A stretch of DNA of 64,000 bases from Candidatus Micrarchaeum sp. (GTDB lineage: Archaea > SpSt-1190 > DYHY01). Positions 9,390 to 18,617 of this stretch are shown piece by piece (the stretch's first letter is position 1; every line of letters begins with the position of its first letter). The position numbers and the translations under genes were made by a program. Under the pieces are notes generated by a model. The model ran no database searches. It was not told the origin of the DNA and saw only the letters and a list, made by a program, of their open reading frames with translations. The stretch spans positions 31,465 to 95,464 of the forward strand of contig DYHY01000002.1 in the NCBI GenBank assembly GCA_020723935.1. The letters are read 5' to 3'.

Positions 9390-10682
9390 ATGGAAACGAC
9401 GGGGGCGCGGCCGGGGAGGAGAAGGCGCGGCTTTGAGCCAGTCATTGCCCTCGTCGTCGGGATAATCGTCGTCCTCGCCATAGTCTGGCTCATCGCATCG
9501 GGCGTGATCTACAAGGTCGTCCCGAACCTCAAGGCCCCGGGCAGCGTGTTCCTGGAAATGAGGAAGGACTATCTCGTCGGCTCGTGCAAGGGGTGGGTCG
9601 ACAGCCTCGGCCTCGCGGCGAGCCTCCCCGAAGACCTCGCGGCCGCGATAAAGGTGAACAACCTCCACTGGGAATCCTTCTGCTCCAAGGAGGCGATAAA
9701 GGACCCGCAGAACAAGTGCAGGTGCCTCAAGGCCTGCGTGAAGAGCCTGGATGCGGAGGAGGCATGCGCCGCCAACCCCAACGCGTACCATCCGGGCCTC
9801 TGGACGCCGGGCGCGGACGGGAAGACCGGGAACATCTCCTCGCTCATGGGGAGCTTCGACAACGTCGAGGCCAGGATGGCACCGACATACTGCTTCCTCA
9901 ACTTCCTCAAGAGCCTCTCGACGGTGAGCCCCAGCTGCGCGTCCGAGAGCTCCGGCGGGTACCTGGTGATGGCGGGATTCACGGTGGCGTACAAAACCCC
10001 GAAATCGGCGGGGCAGATAGCCACCTACACGGACTCCGGCGGCGCCGTGGACGTCCCCGAGATACGCGAGCTCACCGCGTCCTGCACCGTCCAGTGCAGG
10101 AACCCGGAGGGCTGTGACAACGTCGTCCTCTCCCTGATGTACAAGTGCAACAAGTTCAACGGGCGCGGCGCGCCGTGGCTGGGCGACGGGGGCCACTGCT
10201 GCGACAGGATAGCCTACAGCTACCTGGGCGACGGGAACTGCTTCGCGGGCAGGAACTGCGGCACCGACCCGTTCTACCAGGGGCCTGTCTGGGACGTCTA
10301 TTCCGTGCCCGGCTGGAGGAAGGCCTACGAGACGATGCGCACAAGCACCCCTGCGGTCGCGCTCCCACACATAAACAGTGGCAAATCCTACACCCAGGAT
10401 TTCACGCTCTACACCCCGCAATGGGACGTGGTGACGCCCTTCTACGCGAACGGCATAAACGACCTGGAGGAGAACAACGTGATGTGCGCCGCGTCCTACG
10501 CGGGCGACAGGCTCAATTCCGTCGCGCAGACGGTCCTCGTCGGGAGCGTCAGGGTCAATTCAGGCATCCAGCCGGACGGGACGGAGAGGAAGCTCATGTG
10601 CCTCCCCGGGACGAGCGACTGCCAGGACATCTTCTCCAGGTACTACGACCTGGACGCCGAAAGGCAGGTGGCCTGCTCATGA
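9390..10682 (+). CDS. Large pilin-like protein with Cys-rich extracellular domain
   Basis: RRRRG, then FEPV, then IALVVGIIVVLAIVWLIA. This G-F-E-P arrangement resembles a prepilin cleavage site. 430 aa with more than 25 Cys. Confidence 0.65.
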   Translation: METTGARPGRRRRGFEPVIALVVGIIVVLAIVWLIASGVIYKVVPNLKAPGSVFLEMRKDYLVGSCKGWVDSLGLAASLPEDLAAAIKVNNLHWESFCSKEAIKDPQNKCRCLKACVKSLDAEEACAANPNAYHPGLWTPGADGKTGNISSLMGSFDNVEARMAPTYCFLNFLKSLSTVSPSCASESSGGYLVMAGFTVAYKTPKSAGQIATYTDSGGAVDVPEIRELTASCTVQCRNPEGCDNVVLSLMYKCNKFNGRGAPWLGDGGHCCDRIAYSYLGDGNCFAGRNCGTDPFYQGPVWDVYSVPGWRKAYETMRTSTPAVALPHINSGKSYTQDFTLYTPQWDVVTPFYANGINDLEENNVMCAASYAGDRLNSVAQTVLVGSVRVNSGIQPDGTERKLMCLPGTSDCQDIFSRYYDLDAERQVACS

Positions 10683-11131
10683 CGAGGCGGGGCGCCGTAG
10701 AGGTCACGCTCTCGGCGGTCGCCGCCGTCGTGATAGCGATAATAGTGATAGCGATCGTCTTCTACAACGTGTTCCCCGAGATAAAGATGGCTGTGAACTC
10801 CGGGAAGGACATCAAGGGGAGCCAGTACTTCGACATCCAGCAGGAGATAAAGCTCTGCCAGGCCTGGCACCAGGTGGATTTCATGGACACGATAAAGTTC
10901 GGCGTGGACGCCGGATTCGCCAACCTCAAGCTCAACAACCCCGGCTTCCAGAACCCGATATGCCTCAACCAGGCCCTCGACTACGAGAACTGTACGAAGA
11001 AGTGCGTCTCGATGACAGAAATAGGGGACGCGTGCGCCAAGCACACCGACAAGTGCTACCAGATAGACGCGGCGTTCGACGCGCGCTGCGAGCTTGAGGG
11101 ATGTGTGGCGCTAGGGGGCCTCATGCCATGA
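10679..11131 (+). CDS. Pilin-like protein with Cys-rich domain
   Basis: Internal ATG at residue 179 of ORF 10145..11131, overlapping the upstream TGA as ATGA. MTRRG, then AVEVT, then LSAVAAVVIAIIVIAIVF. Confidence 0.55.
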   Translation: MTRRGAVEVTLSAVAAVVIAIIVIAIVFYNVFPEIKMAVNSGKDIKGSQYFDIQQEIKLCQAWHQVDFMDTIKFGVDAGFANLKLNNPGFQNPICLNQALDYENCTKKCVSMTEIGDACAKHTDKCYQIDAAFDARCELEGCVALGGLMP

Positions 11132-11760
11132 GCGCCATGCGGGCCGCGGCTCGCCGGCGGGGGCGCATCGGGGACTTTGACATAATGATGCTCGTCGTCG
11201 CGGTGGTCGTCGGCCTCATGATACTCGTCATCGGGATACAGGTCGCCAAGATCACGAGGAAGGGCGGCGAGAGCGTCGGGAGCGACTACCAGGTCAAGGA
11301 GGGCGTCGCGTACAGCCAGCTCAAGCTCAAGTGCGGCCTCTGGCGCGACTCCATCGAGACGTGCGCGAGCGGCGCCTGCACCGCCGACTGCCCCAACTGC
11401 CTCGAGACGTTCGCAAGCGACACGCTGAAGGTCTATTCCGTCCCCTATTACGTGAGGAACTCGAAGCTGGCGAACAGCAGCTACTACGACCCCGCGAACA
11501 GCCTCCAGACGCAGAAATGCGACTCGGCCGTCGACACGTGGGCGACGAACCCCGGCGGGGAGGCCGCCCAGGCGACGATGGAGATATCCGATTTCATAAG
11601 GACCCACGGCGACGAGGCGGTGCAGATCGCCGAGGCATGCTCCTACGTCTGCCGCTGGGTGATAGAGAGGGACGAGGAGTGCAGGACAGGGGCGAGGAAC
11701 TGCGGGGATCTCGTCGTCATGAACGGCCAGCCGATGCCCTACTATCTCTACCTTCCATGA
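11128..11760 (+). CDS. Pilin-like protein with Cys-rich domain
   Basis: ATGA overlap. RRRG, then RIGDFD, then IMMLVVAVVVGLMILVIGI. 10 Cys in the C-terminal domain. Confidence 0.55.
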   Translation: MSAMRAAARRRGRIGDFDIMMLVVAVVVGLMILVIGIQVAKITRKGGESVGSDYQVKEGVAYSQLKLKCGLWRDSIETCASGACTADCPNCLETFASDTLKVYSVPYYVRNSKLANSSYYDPANSLQTQKCDSAVDTWATNPGGEAAQATMEISDFIRTHGDEAVQIAEACSYVCRWVIERDEECRTGARNCGDLVVMNGQPMPYYLYLP

Positions 11761-11770
11761 GGGGCACAGC

Positions 11771-12331
11771 ATGGTAGGCCACGCGAGAGCGATGCGGAAC
11801 CGCGCGAGGGTGGCGATCGGGCGGCGGGGCTCGATGGACCAGACGATCTGGATTGTCGTCGCGATGATAATAGCTGTCGCCGTCGGAGCGATAATGATGC
11901 GGATGATAGACAAGTCGCGCCAGGTGGAATCCCTCTCCGGCGAGGACAGGTTCTCCCCGGCGGCCGAGACCTTCTGCGCGGAATGGTTCCAGCCGGCGCA
12001 GGAGCCGCGGCCGAGGGAATACGCGCCGTCCCAGGCAGCCCTGGAGAAGTCGACTGACACCTTCCGGGGCATAGGCTGGCTCTCCGCCCAGAAGAATACC
12101 GTCTCCAAGGCCTACATTGAGCCCGGCCCCGTGACAGGCTGCGACTGCACGGTCTTCCTCGCCTCCACCGCCGGCCATTCGAGGCTCGGGGAATCGCCGG
12201 CCGCCGGGCTCCTGCGGTCCGAGTCCGGGAGCGGTTCGTCCTACTCCCCGGAAGCCTGCCATAGGAGGGCTGCCTGCGTCGCCCGCTCCCTCCCCGCCCT
12301 GGCCGTCTTCTTCGAGGAAAGAACCTGCTAG
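11771..12331 (+). CDS. Pilin-like protein. Member of a three-member paralog family with 12401 and 31102.
   Basis: RRG, then SMDQT, then IWIVVAMIIAVAVGAIMM. Shares FCxxW, RKYGWL and TGCDC[TI]VFL[AT]S motifs with 12401..12994 and 31102..32877. Confidence 0.6.
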   Translation: MVGHARAMRNRARVAIGRRGSMDQTIWIVVAMIIAVAVGAIMMRMIDKSRQVESLSGEDRFSPAAETFCAEWFQPAQEPRPREYAPSQAALEKSTDTFRGIGWLSAQKNTVSKAYIEPGPVTGCDCTVFLASTAGHSRLGESPAAGLLRSESGSGSSYSPEACHRRAACVARSLPALAVFFEERTC

Positions 12332-12361
12332 GCGCCATTTAAGCCCTCTCAAAAGGCCAAA

Positions 12362-12375
12362 ACAATAAATAATAC
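12362..12375 (+). promoter_or_regulatory. TATA-box-like element upstream of the 12401 gene
   Basis: acaataaataatac is centred about 30 nt upstream of the ATG. A similar element sits ahead of the degraded paralog at 31102. Confidence 0.4.
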
Positions 12376-12400
12376 AGTAGCATTAACACAAGACAGCACC

Positions 12401-12994
12401 ATGGCCCACGGACGCAAATCAAGCGAACAACCCATCTGGCTTCTAGTCGCGCTACTGCTAGCGGTCGTAGTCGGCATAGCGATGTTCAGCACGATCAACA
12501 GTGGCATGAACAAGTTCGGCACATTCACCCAGGCCACCGGCCAGGAGAGCGACCGGATAGCGATAGAGACTTTCTGCAAGAACTGGATAAGGCCGCAGGA
12601 AGTCGACCTTGCGGGCAACATCAACCCGCGCGCATCCGAGCCCACCGCGCCGGAGCGCGAGAGGGCGACGGACTCGTTCAGGAAGTACGGCTGGCTCCTC
12701 GCGGAGAAGGACTCGAACAAGGTGTATCTGGAGACGGGCCCGCCCAGCGGATGCGACTGCATAGTCTTCCTCACCTCAAGCGTCGGCTCGTCCTCGCTCC
12801 CGCCCACCAGAGCCAAGCAGTTCCTCGTCTCCGAAGCCAGCACCGGCTCAATGTACGACCCGGTAAAGTGCGGATTCAAGGCGTACTGCATCGGGAAGAC
12901 GTCCATACCGGAGCTTGGGGGCGTCGAGCTGTTCGGCGAGGGGAGCCTGAGCGCCACGGCGATGGAAGCCAAGTTCCCGGCGCGCACCTGCTAG
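12401..12994 (+). CDS. Pilin-like protein, paralog of 11771 and 31102
   Basis: MAHGRKSSEQP, then IWLLVALLLAVVVGIAMF. Nucleotide identity to the region 31150–31400 is roughly 85–90% by eye. Confidence 0.6.
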   Translation: MAHGRKSSEQPIWLLVALLLAVVVGIAMFSTINSGMNKFGTFTQATGQESDRIAIETFCKNWIRPQEVDLAGNINPRASEPTAPERERATDSFRKYGWLLAEKDSNKVYLETGPPSGCDCIVFLTSSVGSSSLPPTRAKQFLVSEASTGSMYDPVKCGFKAYCIGKTSIPELGGVELFGEGSLSATAMEAKFPARTC

Positions 12995-13064
12995 GGAAAG
13001 CGCGCCCCGCGGCCGGAAAGCATAAAGACGAAAGGGGGAGCGTGAGCCGCGGAAGGCGGGGAAG

Positions 13065-13664
13065 ATGGCGCGAAAATATGGTTGCCGGCGGCGCAGGAGG
13101 GGCCAGGTCACAGACACGCTCCTCATGGTCGCCTTCTTCGCGCTCACGATGTTCCTCCTCGCCCGCTGGGCGCTCTACTACGCGAACGTCTCGGACAAGG
13201 CGAGGACGATAATAACGATGAACAACATCAAGGACGCGATCGAGCAGGTCTGCACGAACAAGCGCGTCCAGATATCGGTGAAGGTCGTCCTCCCGCAGGA
13301 TTCGGCGCTCCTCCCCTTCTCCTGCGACCAGGTCCAGGCGCTCTCGACAATAGGCCCGATAGGGGGCGTAACCAAGGACGTCTCGCACGTCGGGGGCTTG
13401 GAGGCTGTCATTGACGACTGCCAGAGGAAGGGCGAATCCAAGAAGAACGCTGCCCTCCTCTACATCTGGAAGAAGGACGCCCAGAAGATCCTCTGGGTGA
13501 TACAAACCTCCCCGGAGGAGCTCAACGTCGAGGCGGTAACAACGTACTGCGTCCTGAGGGACTATAGCGGGGAGGCGTTCCTGGGCGGAAGGAAGCAGAG
13601 CGCGGAGGTCGGGCTCACGCAGGCGGGCGTCGTCTACACGAGGCCCGTCTCCCTGGAGGCATGA
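13065..13664 (+). CDS. Pilin-like membrane-anchored protein
   Basis: RRRRRG, then QVTDT, then LLMVAFFALTMFLLA. Confidence 0.55.
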   Translation: MARKYGCRRRRRGQVTDTLLMVAFFALTMFLLARWALYYANVSDKARTIITMNNIKDAIEQVCTNKRVQISVKVVLPQDSALLPFSCDQVQALSTIGPIGGVTKDVSHVGGLEAVIDDCQRKGESKKNAALLYIWKKDAQKILWVIQTSPEELNVEAVTTYCVLRDYSGEAFLGGRKQSAEVGLTQAGVVYTRPVSLEA

Positions 13665-15316
13665 AAAGGGGGATGGCTGGGAGGAAGGGCGACTGGGGCG
13701 GATACTACATAATCCTCGCGATAATGTTCGTCGTCATCGGCGGCTGGATAATAAACATGGCCGTCAATTCCATGAACACCTGTAAGATGGACGTCCCGGA
13801 GAGGACGACGCGCATCAAGGAAATAGTGGAGAAGGTGTGCCTCGATCCCCTTCCCGGGACGAGCGAGACGTTCGTCGGGAGCTCCTGCCCCTCGCGCTAC
13901 GAGGTGACGGCGGCCTCCTGCAGCGACCTTACGTGGCGCATGGCATTCAGGGATCTTCGCACGGGGTTCTTCGGCAAGCCCTTCGGCCTCACCTGGTTCT
14001 CCCCCCGGACCGGGAGCCCCCCGTCCAACCCCTCGCCCCATTTCACAACTAGCCTCACCAACGAGCAGGTCATGAACGAGATACTTGACAGGGCGCGCGA
14101 GCTGGACGACCCCGACAGCATACTCGTCCAGACCGCAAGGGTCGTCCCGCACGGCCACCACCTCCCCGGCACGATCGTCTCCCCGTTCACAAACACATAC
14201 GTCCCCGAAGTCATAACGAACGAGCACCTCGCGAAGATCCCCGTGAGCCTGGACAAGACGATCGTCATCTCCGACATGGACGAGGACGACTTCACGGGCG
14301 GGATGCTCGCGGCCGTCGCCTCCGCCGAGGAGATGAACTTCATATGGAAGAACGACATAAGCCGCAAGCTCGTCGGCGTCTATACGCTCATCGGGATGCA
14401 GATATACGGCAGCGTCACCTTCGGCCCGAAGAACTCCCCGGCGGCATCCTACGTGATAGCGACCGCCCCCCAGTTGACCCTGAGGCGCGACCGGGCCCAG
14501 CACCTCGCCTCCGCCTATTTCGACTACGTGGGGAAGTACGGGACGGCTTCTGCCAAGGCGATAGCGGGCGGGGCGAACGCGACCGTCTGGAACTCGGCCG
14601 ATCCATGGCAGAGTCTGGTCGACGCGAGCAACAGGATCTCCTCGGTCCCGTGCAACGAGCCCGGCGACTTTTGCCCGATGCAGAGCTACGCGAACGACCT
14701 CCTCGCCGGGATAAACGACGCCCTCGTCAGGATGCGGGGCCTCTACTCCTCGATCGCTGCCGGCAGGGCGGACACGATCGCCCTCCTGCAGGCGAGGATC
14801 GATTCCGGGGCCTGCGGCTCAATCGCCAGCGGCTCGGAGAGGTTCCCGACGTGCGCGGCGATGATATCGTGCAACTGGATAGACAGGACTCTCACCGAGC
14901 GCCTCCAGAAGAACGGCTGCCTCATGAGCGCGGTCAACGTCAACGGGAACCTGGAGGCGCTGCCCCTCGGCGTCATGGAGCGCGAGGCGGCCCTCGAGGT
15001 CTGGGACATAAACCTCCCGGAGAGCACGGCGTCCAAGATCTCCGGGGAGTACAGCTACCGCCCGGCGATACACTGCCCGTCGATAATCCCCGGAAGCCAC
15101 CTCCCCGCGTGGGGCCACGAGGCGGAGAAGGTCGTCGCGGTGTGCATGCACGACAAGAACCCGGAATGCTCCAAGGACGACACCTGCTACTACTGCTACA
15201 CAATCCAGTGCGCCAACAAGGTGAGCGTGGAGACTGAGCCCGCGACGGCGATAACCGTGAAGAACGTCGAGGGGAGCGGGACGGAGCTGCGCGGCGCAAT
15301 ATACCGGATAAAGTGA
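13661..15316 (+). CDS. Large pilin-like or membrane-anchored extracellular protein
   Basis: ATGA overlap. MKRGMAGRKG, then DWGG, then YYIILAIMFVVIGGWII. 551 aa with Cys pairs. Confidence 0.55.
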   Translation: MKRGMAGRKGDWGGYYIILAIMFVVIGGWIINMAVNSMNTCKMDVPERTTRIKEIVEKVCLDPLPGTSETFVGSSCPSRYEVTAASCSDLTWRMAFRDLRTGFFGKPFGLTWFSPRTGSPPSNPSPHFTTSLTNEQVMNEILDRARELDDPDSILVQTARVVPHGHHLPGTIVSPFTNTYVPEVITNEHLAKIPVSLDKTIVISDMDEDDFTGGMLAAVASAEEMNFIWKNDISRKLVGVYTLIGMQIYGSVTFGPKNSPAASYVIATAPQLTLRRDRAQHLASAYFDYVGKYGTASAKAIAGGANATVWNSADPWQSLVDASNRISSVPCNEPGDFCPMQSYANDLLAGINDALVRMRGLYSSIAAGRADTIALLQARIDSGACGSIASGSERFPTCAAMISCNWIDRTLTERLQKNGCLMSAVNVNGNLEALPLGVMEREAALEVWDINLPESTASKISGEYSYRPAIHCPSIIPGSHLPAWGHEAEKVVAVCMHDKNPECSKDDTCYYCYTIQCANKVSVETEPATAITVKNVEGSGTELRGAIYRIK

Positions 15317-15388
15317 GCATCCAGGGGATTTGGGCCGCGGAAGGGCACATTAATATAGTCGTCTAGTCTCCGTGAGCGAGGATACCAG

Positions 15389-16546
15389 ATGGCCGAGGGA
15401 CCCAGCTCGTCTACAAGCATCGGGACGATACTGGGCCTCGTCATCGAGGTCATCGTCCTCATCGTCGTGATGGGGATGGTCGCATCCGAGGTCACGTACC
15501 TCGCGACGATGGCCCACCTCCAGGAGGCCAAGATCCTCGCGAGCACGATAGCCGGCATGATAACCGCCGTCTCCGCGGCGCCGCAGGCCGGCCTCTACTG
15601 CGTCTCCATCCCCGCGACCCTGGGCTACGACGTCGCGATCGGGAGCGCGAAGCTGGACAACGTCGGGAGCGCCCTGGAGCTTCGCGACGTACCAGACCTC
15701 TCCCCCTGGTGCCCCGTGAGCGCCCTGCCCTACGCGGATGCGGAGGGCGTCCCCTACATCCAGGAGTTCAAGGCCGCCGCCGACAAGTACGACGTCCCGG
15801 TCGCCGCCCTCCTCGCCGTCGGGCAGCTGGAGAGCGGCCTGCAGCACTACGAACCCGACGGCATGACGGTGAAGGTGAGCCCCACCGGGGCGGTCGGGAT
15901 AATGCAGATTCTGGACGGCCCGACGGAATTGGCGGCGAACATAGACAGGGGCGCGAAGGAGTTCCGCTCGAAGATGGACTATTTCGACGGCGACGTCCAG
16001 GCCGCCTTCGCGGCGTACAGCGGCGGGAACGCGGGGGCCGCCGAGCAGATAGACCTGGCCGGGCGCGAGATCTGGATAGAGAGCATTCTGGCCTTCTCGA
16101 GCCTGCGCACACACCTCTACAACGACGTGAAGACGTACGGTAGCTGCAGCTGCATGTCCGCCGACGAGTACCTGGCCGGCACGATGCCCCCGTTCCCGGG
16201 CGGCCTCACCTACACGGCCGAGCGCCAGAACGCGTGCGAGGTCAAGAGGGGGACCGAATACGCGCGCGGCTTCGAGGCCCTCGGCCTGGGCTCGGTGAAA
16301 TACGGTTTCGTCGCGGCGATAAAGAAGGAGGGGCGCTCTGGAGGCGTCTCCTACATGCCGGTCTCAAACATCGACAGCCAGGTCATACGCGTGCCCGTCG
16401 GGCAGAAGTACACTCTCCTTGCTAAGAAGGCACTCGTCCCGCGGCTGAGCGGCGGGTATGAGGAGAAAATAGTGCTACGCCTGAGGAAAGGAGGCCTCGC
16501 GCAGGCAGGATGCAACGTCGACACCCCGTCGATATGCATCTACTGA
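15389..16546 (+). CDS. Membrane-anchored SLT-domain protein (lytic transglycosylase, lysozyme-like family)
   Basis: N-terminal TM helix. The canonical SLT motifs are present: LLAVGQLESGL (the catalytic ES), GAVGIMQI, and AAYSGGNAG (the AY-N-G motif). Confidence 0.75.
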   Translation: MAEGPSSSTSIGTILGLVIEVIVLIVVMGMVASEVTYLATMAHLQEAKILASTIAGMITAVSAAPQAGLYCVSIPATLGYDVAIGSAKLDNVGSALELRDVPDLSPWCPVSALPYADAEGVPYIQEFKAAADKYDVPVAALLAVGQLESGLQHYEPDGMTVKVSPTGAVGIMQILDGPTELAANIDRGAKEFRSKMDYFDGDVQAAFAAYSGGNAGAAEQIDLAGREIWIESILAFSSLRTHLYNDVKTYGSCSCMSADEYLAGTMPPFPGGLTYTAERQNACEVKRGTEYARGFEALGLGSVKYGFVAAIKKEGRSGGVSYMPVSNIDSQVIRVPVGQKYTLLAKKALVPRLSGGYEEKIVLRLRKGGLAQAGCNVDTPSICIY

Positions 16547-16548
16547 AG

Positions 16549-17826
16549 ATGGCGGCCGAAACCAGGAGGAAGGGAGCCGCGGGCGGAAGGAGGCGGGGCC
16601 AGTCGCTCTCCAGCGTCGTGATCCTGCTCCTCACCCTCACAATCCTCGTCGTCGTCATAGTCACATCCATCGTCGCGAACGCGGAGTTCAACGCCATGTT
16701 CGGCAACCACCTGAAATCGCGCGAGGCGCTCCTGATCGCCTCCAAGATAACGGGCGCCCCGCAAATAGCCCTGGACATGGGACGCGAGGGCCTGCACAAG
16801 AACATGCTAGACACCCGCCGCCTCGACACCCTGAACAGGACGCACCGCGCCAAGATGCCGGCGAGCGCCTACGTCTTCTGCTACAACTGGCGCGCCGAGA
16901 TCTACGACACGGACCTGAAGAAATATTGGGAGTTCGGCGCGAGGAACCCTGCGAGGGACGCGATGTACGAGCTGTGCCTGGCGTACGGATGGGGCATGGG
17001 CGGGGCGGCCTACGGCGGGCAGTTCGAGGACCCCAGCTGCCTCGCGATCGCGCAGGGCGCCGACAGCAGCGACGTCGGCGAGGACTATTTCGTAATCCCG
17101 GTGACACTTGTCAACTACGCAGGCAACAAGCTCAAGAACTACACCTTCGGCGCGATGAGGGTGGCCGTCTGGGCGAACTCCAGCCAGTGCATCGGGGAGA
17201 ACGACAGGGAGAAGCAGTACAACGAGGCCGTGCGCCTCATCGAGAGCGCCCCCCTGTTCGTGCCCACGAGCTCCCAGGCTGAGCTGCCCTACCAGCCCAA
17301 GAGCATCGCCGTCCCGGGCGGGGCGACGTACTCGACGATGAGGTGTGAGGAGCTCCTGATAGAGAGGATACGGATGCATTTCGACGAGGTGCGCGCCGAG
17401 AACATGAAGGCCAGGGCGCCGGCCTACACCGACCGGATCGAGGAGGCGGCGAGGGCTGCCGACGTTGACGCGAACCTCCTGCGGGCAGTAGTCGCCGGTA
17501 GGAGCGGCTTCTCCCCGGAATATCCCAACGGGGGCTTCACGGGCCTGCCGGCGTCGGTCTATCCCACCCCGCCGATGGACGTGAGCGAGAACCTTGCGGC
17601 CGCGGCAACCCTCCTTCGCCAGTACCTTGACCAGGCTTCCACGCAGTACAACGGCGGGCACTGCTCGCTCAACTATGCGATCTACGCCTATCTCACGAGC
17701 GGGGAGGTCCTCTCGCAGTACGTCGCCGGGACACTCAAGCCCTCCGGCCCGGTAGAGGCAGTCTCCCAGGACATAATCTCGCTTTTCGACAAGTTCAACT
17801 CGTGCTCGGAGTCGATAGCTACATGA
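16549..17826 (+). CDS. Pilin-like membrane-anchored protein with a degenerate SLT-like segment
   Basis: ATG is 3 nt after the upstream TGA. RRRG, then QSLSS, then VVILLLTLTILVVVIVTSIV. The C-terminal stretch LLRAVVAGRSGFSPEYPNGGFTGL resembles an SLT fold but lacks the Glu. Confidence 0.5.
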   Translation: MAAETRRKGAAGGRRRGQSLSSVVILLLTLTILVVVIVTSIVANAEFNAMFGNHLKSREALLIASKITGAPQIALDMGREGLHKNMLDTRRLDTLNRTHRAKMPASAYVFCYNWRAEIYDTDLKKYWEFGARNPARDAMYELCLAYGWGMGGAAYGGQFEDPSCLAIAQGADSSDVGEDYFVIPVTLVNYAGNKLKNYTFGAMRVAVWANSSQCIGENDREKQYNEAVRLIESAPLFVPTSSQAELPYQPKSIAVPGGATYSTMRCEELLIERIRMHFDEVRAENMKARAPAYTDRIEEAARAADVDANLLRAVVAGRSGFSPEYPNGGFTGLPASVYPTPPMDVSENLAAAATLLRQYLDQASTQYNGGHCSLNYAIYAYLTSGEVLSQYVAGTLKPSGPVEAVSQDIISLFDKFNSCSESIAT

Positions 17827-18563
17827 CGGGCGAGGAAGCCGGAAGGCGGAGCGGCGGGCGCAGGGCGCAGGGCGCCGAGACGATAGTCGTGCTCATCTTC
17901 ATCGTCGCGATGTTCTTCGCGCTCATCGTCGCTTTGGCGTTCCTCAAATTCAAGGTGAACTTCGCGATAACGGAGGTGAGTGCGCAGGAGGACCAGCTCC
18001 CGACGATGCAGGCGCTCTCCTACTCCACCGTCGGGCGGCTCATAAGGACGCCCGTGCTCTTCTACAACCTCGCTAGCATCGCATCCGTCACGGGCCAGGA
18101 CGTCTTCATCTTCTCGGCTGAGAGCGGCTCGGTGAGCATCCAAGACATACTGAACCAGAAGCTCGAGACGTATTCCGCGGGGCAGCTAGCGCTCTTCTAC
18201 CCCAAGTGCTTCGAATACAACCTGAACGACGAGATGCGCGGACCCCTCTGGACCAAGTTCCTCGCCGCGGGCACGATCCAGGCCGACAGCTGCCAGGAGT
18301 ACGGGGCGAGCCAGGCGGACAAGGGCCAGGAGACGTTTGCCAAGAAGAACTACATCTACTTCTTCCCGCTCCCGCCCCTCTCCGACGGGACGGCGCGCCT
18401 GAGCGAGCAGTTCATCAGGGTCTTCGCCCTGCGCGACAAGCCCAGGATCATGGCCCCCTCCGGAGGGGTGGAGCGGCCCGACTGCAACGCCAACGGCGCG
18501 GCCGCGTCCCTCCCCGAGGACTGCTGCTCTGGAAGGATGGCTGGCGGAGTCTGCATGCCCTGA
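17823..18563 (+). CDS. Pilin-like protein. Last gene of the locus.
   Basis: ATGA overlap. GRRAQG, then AET, then IVVLIFIVAMFFALIVALAFL. C-terminal CC..C motif. Confidence 0.55.
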   Translation: MTGEEAGRRSGGRRAQGAETIVVLIFIVAMFFALIVALAFLKFKVNFAITEVSAQEDQLPTMQALSYSTVGRLIRTPVLFYNLASIASVTGQDVFIFSAESGSVSIQDILNQKLETYSAGQLALFYPKCFEYNLNDEMRGPLWTKFLAAGTIQADSCQEYGASQADKGQETFAKKNYIYFFPLPPLSDGTARLSEQFIRVFALRDKPRIMAPSGGVERPDCNANGAAASLPEDCCSGRMAGGVCMP

Positions 18564-18617
18564 GCTCGGGCCCCGGGCCTTCGGAAAAGGAGAACTGAAG
18601 CGTCCCTTCTTAACGGA

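Noticed and set aside
9297-10421. 374-aa minus-strand ORF over the pilin-like genes, and other long R/G-rich ORFs (14344..15237, 15350..16114, 16807..17661, 38561.. antisense sets, 60660..61799)
   Set aside because: Same high-GC antisense noise signature, and each overlaps a better-supported gene.
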